The notes beneath the pieces are model-generated. The model was not told the DNA's origin and made no database searches. It worked only from the letters and a program-made list of their open reading frames with translations. A DNA stretch of 54,762 nt from Desulfurococcaceae archaeon (GTDB taxonomy: Archaea > Thermoproteota > Thermoprotei_A > Sulfolobales > Desulfurococcaceae): assembly GCA_038824035.1 (NCBI GenBank), contig JAWBBW010000008.1, positions 1-54,762 on the forward strand, read 5' to 3'. Positions within the stretch are counted from its first letter, which is position 1. Each line of letters starts with the position of its first letter. Shown here in pieces: positions 46,588 through 54,762 of this stretch. Made by a program: the position numbers and the translations under genes.

Positions 46588-47541
46588 ATGAGGATCCAGG
46601 CCAAGGAGCGAATTTACCTGGTGGCTATGGTTTTTCTCATCCACTCGATACTTCAGGGTATCGCGGTCACTGAGGGAAATGAGCCGGTCGTGGTTGTGAC
46701 AACTAGTGTTTTACAAAGTGTCGTGGAGGATCTAGTTAATGGCGAGGTGAGAGTGGTTTTGATAGTCCCACCCAATATATGTCCAGCGCATTATGATATA
46801 CGCCCAGGTGACTTGGAGATTGTTAGGGAGGCCTCATTGATATTTACACATGGAGTTGAGCCATGGCTTCAACCACTACTCGAGGCTTCACGTACCAACG
46901 CCTCCGTTGTTGTTGTGAAAGGAGGGTGGAATACGCCTGATCGATTGAAGCAGGTCTACATATCTGTTGCAAATGCTTTGAGAGAACATCTCGGCCTGGA
47001 TGTCGAGGAGAGATTGAAGAGGAGCTTGGCCATTATAGACGGGATTGATGCATATCTTAAGGAACAGGCATCTGTGAATGGATTTAAGGACACACCCATC
47101 GTAGCCATGAAGTGGCAGGAGGATTTCCTATCATATCTCGGGTTTAGGATAGTCGCCTCATATCCTCCACAAGAAGCCGTAACCCCTGATATCTACACAT
47201 CGGTGATCGAGAATGCTACGAGGAATAGCGCAGTTCTAGTTGTCGATAACATACATTCGGGGGTTGAGATTGGAAAGAAGATCGCCCAGGAGATAGGCGC
47301 TGTTCACGTGGCTCTACTCAATTTCCCAAGACTAGTGCCCGGCGTGAACAATGTAACAGATATGATGAAATATAACCTGGATCAATTGATAAGGGCTCTT
47401 AACAACTATAGATCAATGGCCAGTTCATTGAAATTGAGCAACGAGATCTATGTGTTTAAAACAGGTTTCTATGCAACGCTGGGAATAGCCATTATAGAGG
47501 CCGTCGCGATAATCATACTCGTTAAGAGGAGATCCAAGTGA
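46588..47541 (+). CDS. Metal ABC transporter substrate-binding protein (ZnuA/TroA-like) with C-terminal TM anchor
   Basis: Signal peptide, VVVTTS, PPNICPAHYDIRPGD, HGVEPW and a hydrophobic C-terminus. Confidence 0.8.
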   Translation: MRIQAKERIYLVAMVFLIHSILQGIAVTEGNEPVVVVTTSVLQSVVEDLVNGEVRVVLIVPPNICPAHYDIRPGDLEIVREASLIFTHGVEPWLQPLLEASRTNASVVVVKGGWNTPDRLKQVYISVANALREHLGLDVEERLKRSLAIIDGIDAYLKEQASVNGFKDTPIVAMKWQEDFLSYLGFRIVASYPPQEAVTPDIYTSVIENATRNSAVLVVDNIHSGVEIGKKIAQEIGAVHVALLNFPRLVPGVNNVTDMMKYNLDQLIRALNNYRSMASSLKLSNEIYVFKTGFYATLGIAIIEAVAIIILVKRRSK

Positions 47542-47960
47542 ACACTGGGTATCTCAGCTTAGAGGAAGCCATTAAGCTACATGGTCATAGAGGGCCGTGG
47601 ATAGTACTGGGGTATAGGCTAGGGGTTATTGCGAGGGAAAGGCTTTGTCCAGCAACGCCTTTCAGCTTGAAATGCACTGTTTACTTATCATTGAGAAAGC
47701 CCTATACATGTATACTTGATGGATTACAGGCATCTAGTGGATGTACCATTGGGAAATTGAATCTAGAGTACAGGGATTCCAATAACGATGAGGTAGAGGT
47801 TGTCTTTGAAAACATCGAAACAATGAAAAAACTAAGGTTCATTATCGACAAGGGATCTGTAGAGTATATCAATGGCTTGATCGAGAAACATGGTTCCGAG
47901 AAAGCCGCCGATATAATTGAGGGCGAGGATTTATGGAGATTGGTGAAGATCTTTACCTGA
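47538..47960 (+). CDS. FmdE-family protein
   Basis: LHGHRGPWIVLGYR and CILDGLQASSGCTIGK. Confidence 0.85.
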   Translation: MNTGYLSLEEAIKLHGHRGPWIVLGYRLGVIARERLCPATPFSLKCTVYLSLRKPYTCILDGLQASSGCTIGKLNLEYRDSNNDEVEVVFENIETMKKLRFIIDKGSVEYINGLIEKHGSEKAADIIEGEDLWRLVKIFT

Positions 47961-48637
47961 AATTTATAAACACCTATGTCTCATACTCCGGCTCCGATAA
48001 GCCAGCAATAATTGACATCAATATCGAGGTGAAGCCAGGTAGGATATATGTCATCAAGGGCCCGAATGGCTCTGGCAAAACCACCTTGATCGAGGCATCG
48101 ATAGGTCTATTGAAACCTATCAAGGGAAAGGTGTTATTATTTAATGTGGATACCCGTTCTCGGAGAGTGATTGAGGCAAGGAAAATGTGTAGCTATGTAC
48201 CACAGAACTTTATGCGGCCACCACATGAACATTACAGTGCTAGGTATGTCGCATTAATGGGGGTAATGCACTCGGGGAGTAATGGCAACGCATTGATTAG
48301 AGAGAAAGAGCGCGAATTAATTCACTACGCAGAGATATTTGAAATAGCTGATCAACTGGATAAGCCGATTGGTAGTTTAAGTGGAGGACAACAACAAAAG
48401 GTCTTCATAATACGCGCATTTCTACGTAAACCTAGGCTATTATTACTTGACGAGCCATTTTCAAGCCTGGATACAGAGTCCGCTGACAAATTGCTGGAAC
48501 TTGTCTGGAAATACGTCAAGGGGGTGGGGGCGAGCGCCTTGATCTCATCTCATCTATCCAGGGAACTCGATTCATACGCTGATAGCGTGGTTTTCCTAGA
48601 ACATGGGAGGGTTAAGAAAATCGTGGAGATAAATTGA
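47933..48637 (+). CDS. Metal ABC transporter ATPase
   Basis: GPNGSGKT, YVPQ, LSGGQQQ, LDEP and SSH. Confidence 0.9.
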   Translation: MEIGEDLYLKFINTYVSYSGSDKPAIIDINIEVKPGRIYVIKGPNGSGKTTLIEASIGLLKPIKGKVLLFNVDTRSRRVIEARKMCSYVPQNFMRPPHEHYSARYVALMGVMHSGSNGNALIREKERELIHYAEIFEIADQLDKPIGSLSGGQQQKVFIIRAFLRKPRLLLLDEPFSSLDTESADKLLELVWKYVKGVGASALISSHLSRELDSYADSVVFLEHGRVKKIVEIN

Positions 48638-48648
48638 AGTGAGGATAT

Positions 48649-49476
48649 ATGTTTTCCCCCATTTTCATGATCCCAATGATAGGGGCTGTTTTAGCTGGTT
48701 TTCTCAATGGATTACTCGGCTATTTTGTCAAGAAATTGAATCTCGGCACAATAAGTTTCACGATCGCGCATGCCGCCTTAGCAGGCGTGGCCATATCGAT
48801 GATCACCCCGTTCAATCAGGTGTTCATTATTGCCTTGGTCACAATGATTACGGCTGTAACAATGGCGTTGATAACTCATAGATACAGGGATATCGCTGAT
48901 TTTCTCTCAATGGTATTTTTCAACCTATTCAACGCCATTGCCATGTTTTCACTATATATGTCGATGAGAAATGTTCTAGCTTCTTATTCTCTATCAGCAT
49001 TGTTATGGGGCAATGTATTGACCCTCACTATTGGTAAACTAGCCGTATTGGTATCCATATTAGTGGTGTTGTCGATATACATGATCCTGGCAAAACACGA
49101 TCTGAATGCACTGTTATTTGATTACAAGCTAGCAGAGGCCGAGGGTGTTAACTCCCTGTTACATATCTTGGTCTTATTGATATTGATCGGTGTAACAATG
49201 TCGAATATTATACAATTCATAGGAGGGTTTCTAGCTTTCTCGTTACTATATAACCCTGTTTTGACAGCTGGTTTCTTAACCAAGAACGCCGAGAAACAAC
49301 AGATAATCTCCCCTGTGATAGGTATGTCGACGTCTCTCCTGGGGTTTTTACTAAGCCTTCATTTCAATACCCCTATAGGGGCGTCGATAGCGTTGATTTC
49401 AACGAGTTGTACCTTGATCTCATTCATAGCCAGGTTGATCTACGACTCAGCGATCAAGGGGAAAATGAAGGGGTGA
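48649..49476 (+). CDS. Metal ABC transporter permease (ABC-3/ZnuB-like)
   Basis: AHAALAGVA, LWGNVL, FD..LAEAEG and PIGASI. Confidence 0.85.
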   Translation: MFSPIFMIPMIGAVLAGFLNGLLGYFVKKLNLGTISFTIAHAALAGVAISMITPFNQVFIIALVTMITAVTMALITHRYRDIADFLSMVFFNLFNAIAMFSLYMSMRNVLASYSLSALLWGNVLTLTIGKLAVLVSILVVLSIYMILAKHDLNALLFDYKLAEAEGVNSLLHILVLLILIGVTMSNIIQFIGGFLAFSLLYNPVLTAGFLTKNAEKQQIISPVIGMSTSLLGFLLSLHFNTPIGASIALISTSCTLISFIARLIYDSAIKGKMKG

Positions 49477-49533
49477 TCGGGGTGGTAAGCCTTTTTATTC
49501 AAGAAAGAACTTATACCTAGATTAGGAGTATTT

Positions 49534-50031
49534 ATGAGGGAGATAAGCCCGTTTAAAGCACTCGACATGATCCCATATCCACTTGTCATAGTCACGGCTG
49601 GAGACCCTGAGAAACCTGGTAAGAGGGGTGGAATGATAGCGGCATGGTTCACCAGGGTCTCGTGGAATCCACCACTTGTCGCTGTCTCGATAGCTCCTAG
49701 TAGATACACGTATACATTGATCAAGGAGTACGGGGGATTCGCGATTCACACCATGTCTAAGGACTTGGAAGAGATAGCAATGGAGGTTTTCGGCGGTAGA
49801 AGTGGTAGAGATGTTGATAAATTCAAAGCAATAGGCATAGAGCCCGTTAAGGCCAAGAACATTGTTGCCCCCCTTATCCCCGATGCACCTGTTATCTTGG
49901 AGTGCAAGGTAGTTGCAGAATACACGGCCGGGGATCACGTGGTTTTCATAGGCGAAGTCGTGAAAGCATATGAAGGCTCCTCCAAGAATCCATTGACATG
50001 GATCAACGCTAAGAGCGTTGAAGTCGAGTGA
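49534..50031 (+). CDS. Flavin reductase family protein
   Basis: VSWNPPLV, SGRDVDKF and LEC...GDHVVFIGEV. Confidence 0.9.
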   Translation: MREISPFKALDMIPYPLVIVTAGDPEKPGKRGGMIAAWFTRVSWNPPLVAVSIAPSRYTYTLIKEYGGFAIHTMSKDLEEIAMEVFGGRSGRDVDKFKAIGIEPVKAKNIVAPLIPDAPVILECKVVAEYTAGDHVVFIGEVVKAYEGSSKNPLTWINAKSVEVE

Positions 50032-50098
50032 AAACGCGTTCTCTATGGTTTTTAAAGGCTTTTTAACACCTGGCTAGATCCCTTCTCCAGGGTTATCT

Positions 50099-50629
50099 AT
50101 GGGTAGCAAGGAGTACACAGAGTTCTTGTTGACAAGGAGAAGCATTAGGAAATACAAGAAAGACCTAGTTCCCCTTGAACTTTTACTCGAAGTGGTGAAT
50201 GTGGCCAGGTTTGCACCGAGTGCTAGGAATTTACAGCCATGGGAATTCATAATTATAACAGATCCGGTGGTCAAGGATAGACTTGCAGCGATATATCCAT
50301 GGAGACAGCCACTCTACGATGCACCAGCCGGCATAGTTGTTGTTTGCGATGAGAAAACATCCCCATTATCCTACATGGTTGACTGTGCAAACGCCATAAT
50401 ATACATAATGCTCGCTGCACATGCATACGGGCTTGGCACGGTGTGGCTTGGTGTCATGAGGGATGAAGAAAGGAGCAAGATACGAGAAATACTTGGGTTG
50501 CCAAATGAGAAGGTCCCAGTGGCCATAATAGCTATTGGATGGCCGGATGAGAGGCCGGAACCTAGGCCTAGGAAACCACTCACAGATATTGTCCATATCA
50601 ATAGATATGGCAATAGGCTTGGCCAATAA
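50099..50629 (+). CDS. Nitroreductase family protein
   Basis: RRSIRKY, APSARNLQPW, GLGTVW and IAIGWP. Confidence 0.92.
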   Translation: MGSKEYTEFLLTRRSIRKYKKDLVPLELLLEVVNVARFAPSARNLQPWEFIIITDPVVKDRLAAIYPWRQPLYDAPAGIVVVCDEKTSPLSYMVDCANAIIYIMLAAHAYGLGTVWLGVMRDEERSKIREILGLPNEKVPVAIIAIGWPDERPEPRPRKPLTDIVHINRYGNRLGQ

Positions 50630-51414
50630 TGGCTTTATCTCCTGGGTTTTTAACCATTATGGCCTGTTCCACGAACCTGTCGAGTAATTGATGTATCACC
50701 TGTTCACATGGCCTTGGCGACGTGGACTTGATAGCATTGCTATCTGATTATGAAGTTGAAATAACCATTGCCAGCGATATTTCTTAAGGGAGTTATTCAT
50801 TATGGTGTTATTCCCTCCTCTCTTCTTTACTAAAAACAAGTCATGGCGTGGTTGGCTAGGGTTATCAGGGATAACGGCATCTGGGTGTATTGATCTCAGC
50901 ACCATAGATCTCCTCGCCATAGCTATCGGCTAATACTCCGTGACAACTCCGACGAAATAGTGTACCCTGTAGTGATGTTACCAGGTGCACTGGCTTAGAC
51001 TGGGTTATTCATTAATACCATGAGTAAGGGACCGGGTTTCCACGTGTTTCATTAATAAGGAGATGTCCTAAGGAGGATATGATATGTAGTGGTCTCTGAT
51101 GGACTAGTGAACGAGTTTACGAACGGCCACGTAGAGATATCGGGTATACTGGGCTATTGAATGCCGAGATCTATGGAAGATGTGTTGAGCAGGGATCCTT
51201 GCTTAAATCAAGTGCATTTAACCCATGATGAGGTTTAAAACGAGCCTTGATCTCTACTGAATGCTTCACATAGCCCCTGGGCTCGTTGACTGATATCAGT
51301 GCTCTGTACTCTGTATCTACAGGGATATCCTTGGCATTGCTTACCCATGTTGTTGCCCATTGTTTTGGGTTTTATTCAGAAATTGAATATAATTATCACA
51401 AGGGGTGGTTTGTT

Positions 51415-53001
51415 TTGAAAGTAGTTTTAACAACACCTGCGACTGAAATGAGTGAGTATAATGGCAACCCGGCTATCGCGTTTGTATCCGGGTTTTCCAA
51501 GCCGTTTTTCATCCCCAGACACTATCTGTTAACCAATTTATACAGACCCGTTGATAGCGATGAAACCTTACGCGTTGTACGTGCACCACTTGGTCTCAGG
51601 AGAATTGAGGCTTCGCTTATACATTCTGGGCTTTTTAATTCAAATGATGTGGCCATTGTCCACCCAGATCACCTGGAGGACGTGGTCCGCGAGAACACGA
51701 GGATTGTGGGTATAAGTGTTAAGGACCCATTGGGCCTTGGCTATGTCTCGTTGACCTATTCAACCCTATTAGGTCTTGGTGAACCTATTAATAAATTTGA
51801 ATTCATGTTATTGATGAGGAAGGTTAAGAGATTGAAAGAGAAATACAGGTTCCGAGTCGTCGTCGGAGGACCCGGTGTCTGGCAATTCAGGTTTCTCAAC
51901 AATATTGAGGAATTAGGGATAGATGTGTTGATCAGTGGTGAAGGTGAAAGAGTGGCACCGAGCGTGTTCGCGAAGCTTGCGAGAGGCGAGAATCCTGGTA
52001 GATTGGTGAAAGGGGGTTTTGTCCCGGTTGAAAATATCCCACATATACTCGGTGCTACTATTTGCGGTGCAGTGGAGGTTTCAAGGGGATGTGGCCGTGG
52101 ATGCATGTTTTGTACCCCTACCATGCTTGTTAAGAGAGATATACCCCTCGAAGTGGTTACGAAGGATATTGAAACTAATCTCAGGCAGGGCCAGGACCGC
52201 GCGTTATTAGTGACAGAGGATTTGTTTCTCTATGGTTCTAGTCCACCATGGGAGCCCAATGAATCGGCTGTGACCAGGTTAGTGAACGCTGTTATCGGGC
52301 TTAGGAATAGTGGTTTGAGATATTTACAAATAACCCATATGAACTTGGCTGCTATTAGGTATCGGAAAGAGTTGTTCAAAAACATAGCTGACAAGTTACA
52401 TGAATTCGCCTGGTTTAAACTACGTGGTGATTACATAAACACCGTTGAAGTTGGAATTGAATCGGGATCTCCCAGGATCATAGGTAAATTGATGAGGGGT
52501 AAGGTCTTACCATATAAACCCGAGGAATGGCCCAGTATCGTGTTAGAGTCCCTTATATTGATGGAGGAGTGTGGCTGGGTTCCATTGGCGACATTAATTG
52601 TGGGTTTACCCGGTGAAGACATCGATGATGCGTTAAAAACACTGGCTCTCATCGATAGTATAAGGGAACATGGGTTGAGGCCATTCATGGTCCCATTATT
52701 ATTCGTACCACTTGGTGGTTCTCTCTTGGAAAATAGGCCTATTAAGAGCTTTGACGAATTGAGCGATGTTCAATTAGAGATTTTCTCGAATTGTTGGAGA
52801 CATAATTTGAGAAACTGGGGTATCGATCACTTCGAGAACTACGGTTTCGCCAAGAAAACTATGCTGAGTGTCTTGGCTAGGCTTTACTTGATCACCGTTG
52901 CCAGGAGATATAGATGGAGAGAGAGGATCGCTAAGGAGATATACCGTGAACTGGCTAGATTTCTACATAAAGGTGTTGGGGTTGATGGAAAAGGGGTTTG
53001 A
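51415..53001 (+). CDS. Radical SAM protein with N-terminal cobalamin-binding-like domain
   Basis: APLGLRRIEA, DPLGLG, VVGGPG, GEGE, EVSRGCGRGCMFC, GIESGS and IVGLPGE; TTG 51415 after GGGGTGG. Confidence 0.85.
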   Translation: MKVVLTTPATEMSEYNGNPAIAFVSGFSKPFFIPRHYLLTNLYRPVDSDETLRVVRAPLGLRRIEASLIHSGLFNSNDVAIVHPDHLEDVVRENTRIVGISVKDPLGLGYVSLTYSTLLGLGEPINKFEFMLLMRKVKRLKEKYRFRVVVGGPGVWQFRFLNNIEELGIDVLISGEGERVAPSVFAKLARGENPGRLVKGGFVPVENIPHILGATICGAVEVSRGCGRGCMFCTPTMLVKRDIPLEVVTKDIETNLRQGQDRALLVTEDLFLYGSSPPWEPNESAVTRLVNAVIGLRNSGLRYLQITHMNLAAIRYRKELFKNIADKLHEFAWFKLRGDYINTVEVGIESGSPRIIGKLMRGKVLPYKPEEWPSIVLESLILMEECGWVPLATLIVGLPGEDIDDALKTLALIDSIREHGLRPFMVPLLFVPLGGSLLENRPIKSFDELSDVQLEIFSNCWRHNLRNWGIDHFENYGFAKKTMLSVLARLYLITVARRYRWRERIAKEIYRELARFLHKGVGVDGKGV

Positions 53002-53326
53002 GACTGGCCTGGATTATGCGATGTGTATCGAGAAACCATTTATAAAGGGATTGACCAGGGCACTGGTTTTACTAGCACTCAAAGAAGGTAGGAAAAAGGG
53101 TTATCAAATATATCGATACATAGTCAATGTAATTGGATTAAAGACAAGTCTCAGCACTACGTATACGATTCTGAGAGAACTAACCAATAAAGGATTCATA
53201 GAGAGAAGCGGGGACCTCTACCATTTAACCGAAAAAGGCATGAATGCGTTACAAGCCTTCATAAGTAGATTCAATAAGATAAAACTATTTTTAGAGGAAA
53301 GCTCTAAACACATCAAGTCAACGTGA
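52985..53326 (+). CDS. PadR-like winged-helix regulator
   Basis: VLLALKEG.K.GYQI...STTYTILRELTNKGFI...YHLTEKG. Confidence 0.8.
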   Translation: MEKGFETGLDYAMCIEKPFIKGLTRALVLLALKEGRKKGYQIYRYIVNVIGLKTSLSTTYTILRELTNKGFIERSGDLYHLTEKGMNALQAFISRFNKIKLFLEESSKHIKST

Positions 53327-53989
53327 TCTACACATATAATATACGAACCCCTGTTATATCTTCCTTAGAGAAGTTTTCCAATTCATCCTCGTTTTATCAC
53401 CAAGCCAGCGATGTTCATGGAGATGTCATGGGTTCTAGCAATGCTCCTTAATGATATATCCGAGTAGTTTTCCACGTATTCGCCCTCGGGCTCTTTTATT
53501 AGGATGATAAAACTGTGATGAAATCGGGCAGTGAACATTAATTGCTGCTGTGTCTCGAAGTGGACAGACCTCGTCCATGGCAAGTTGAATTAAGGATTGC
53601 AGTGGTTTAAACGAATATGGTTTTCAGTATATTCCAGTGATCAGCCTAGAAGCGTTGTTGTAGTATACACTAGAATAGGGAGGGTTTACACCAGGGGACT
53701 TGAAGACCTTGTAACATATATATTACGAGCCTACAACGAGTAGAGCTTGAACGGGTTCTGAGTGGTCTATGCTTATTATCAGCTACAACAGCATTGATAA
53801 CTATGTTGTAATGGTAAACAAGGGCCTGGAAACCTACCCATGGATTCGACAAACCCTGTTATCCAACACCATGTAGTTTAACCGCTTGTTCATCATATTT
53901 GTTGAAGTAAACCATGTTCTCGAATAGCTTGTGTATAGGCTGTCCCGGGGTTTCATTAAAAATGACTAATATAGCATGGAAACAGCTGA

Positions 53990-54205
53990 AATCAGGCATA
54001 CCGGGTACTTTCTCTAATGTTCTCGATGTCCATTGATGCTGCTTCAAGCCCTGGAACCCGTGTTTTGAGCGAAAAGCACGCTGTTGATTAGCACTCGGGG
54101 TGAACCTGGTGATATCTATGGCCTTGAGCGCTTTCTCGGATGGGGTGTGTTATCCCAGTGTTTCCATGGACTTGGGGAATTCTAAGTAGAAGTAGTCATT
54201 CAAAG
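53990..54205 (-). pseudogene. Possible decayed nitroreductase paralog (boundaries approximate)
   Basis: Translates as ...YLEF...LG*HTPSEKALKAIDITRFTPSANQQ, compared with LLEVVNVARFAPSARNLQ. The reverse complement of 54089-54109 matches 50205-50225 at 18 of 21 nt. In-frame stop at 54150-54152. Confidence 0.4.
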
Positions 54206-54319
54206 TGTGATACCGAGTAATCAAGTAGCTATGAAGATAGGGTGTTATAATCTTAACGACGCCGTTTGACTTTTAAGATTCGCCATTATTCAAAGAGGCT
54301 GAGAAAGGGGGTGAACAAT

Positions 54320-54762
54320 ATGGCCAAGTCCATTCCCAGCGTATACATGGTGACAGCCCTCACCGCACTAGCTGTGATCCTGAGATTTTTCGATTTCCCA
54401 TATCCACCAGCACCGTTCTTAAAATACGATGTGTCGGGTGTTCCACTAGCTGTTATAGCGTTCATAGATCTCCGGGCGGCTTATAGTGTTTTGCCAATTT
54501 ACTACGTTATACCCGTTATCATGGGTTCAGACCCGATAGGTATGGCGATGAAGTGCTTGGCCGAGTTATCAACGTTCACACCACTAGCGTTAGCTCTTAA
54601 GAGGTTTCATGGAAAACGTGGTGAGGCCGTGGTCGCCACAATAGCCGTGGCGATTGCCGCCATGGCACGCGTAGCGGTCATGTCTTTGGCCAATTACTTG
54701 GTAACACCTTATTGGCTTGTATGGGCTGGCTGGGCGAGAGATCTCCAAAGAGCATACGCGAT
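54320..54762 (+). CDS. ECF transporter S component (RibU-like clan; runs off the window edge)
   Basis: Not in the ORF track. MAKSIPSVYMVTALTALAVILRFFDFPYPPAPFLKYDVSGVP...IGMAMK...RVAVMSLANYLVTP; GGGGGTGA SD. Confidence 0.82.
   Translation, partial: MAKSIPSVYMVTALTALAVILRFFDFPYPPAPFLKYDVSGVPLAVIAFIDLRAAYSVLPIYYVIPVIMGSDPIGMAMKCLAELSTFTPLALALKRFHGKRGEAVVATIAVAIAAMARVAVMSLANYLVTPYWLVWAGWARDLQRAYA

Noticed and set aside
51225-51260. Second possible C/D box sRNA
   Set aside because: Only about 36 nt from C to D, with no convincing D'/C' pair.
54290-54319. GGCTGAGA upstream of the ECF S-component gene, suggesting a TPP riboswitch
   Set aside because: The downstream ACCTGAT...GCGxAGG core is absent and the start codon follows almost immediately.

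Overview
Archaeal chromosomal segment, probably Thermoprotei/Desulfurococcales-like. This is inferred from the GGTG(A) Shine-Dalgarno sites, TTTA(A/T)A TATA boxes, frequent TTG/GTG starts, a CCA-less GC-rich tRNA, a C/D box sRNA and the gene content. Most of it is metabolic: two divergent 2-oxoacid:ferredoxin oxidoreductase operons, tRNA-Ala(CGC), GH35 and GH36 galactosidases, pyrC-pyrB, a glycogen cluster, an NSS transporter, a four-subunit proline-dehydrogenase-like operon, tupBC, and a nikR-metal ABC-fmdE operon. The main result is a minus-strand locus at 13.0-19.2 kb. It encodes three paralogous TasA/CalY/AbpA-like secreted fibre subunits, a SipW-type signal peptidase fused to a large multi-pass membrane domain, and a DUF5305-like membrane protein, with an HTH regulator gene downstream. 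It is a candidate archaeal biofilm-fibre (bundling-pilus) system, possibly with a poly(A) switch at the first subunit. Other observations: a C/D box sRNA 8 nt behind the tRNA, an Rnl1-like ligase fold lacking its catalytic residues, two unannotated membrane microproteins behind the NSS transporter, three genes whose best start codon is non-canonical, and a decayed nitroreductase copy. No CRISPR array, integrase or transposase was seen. All calls come from reading motifs by eye; no database search was run.
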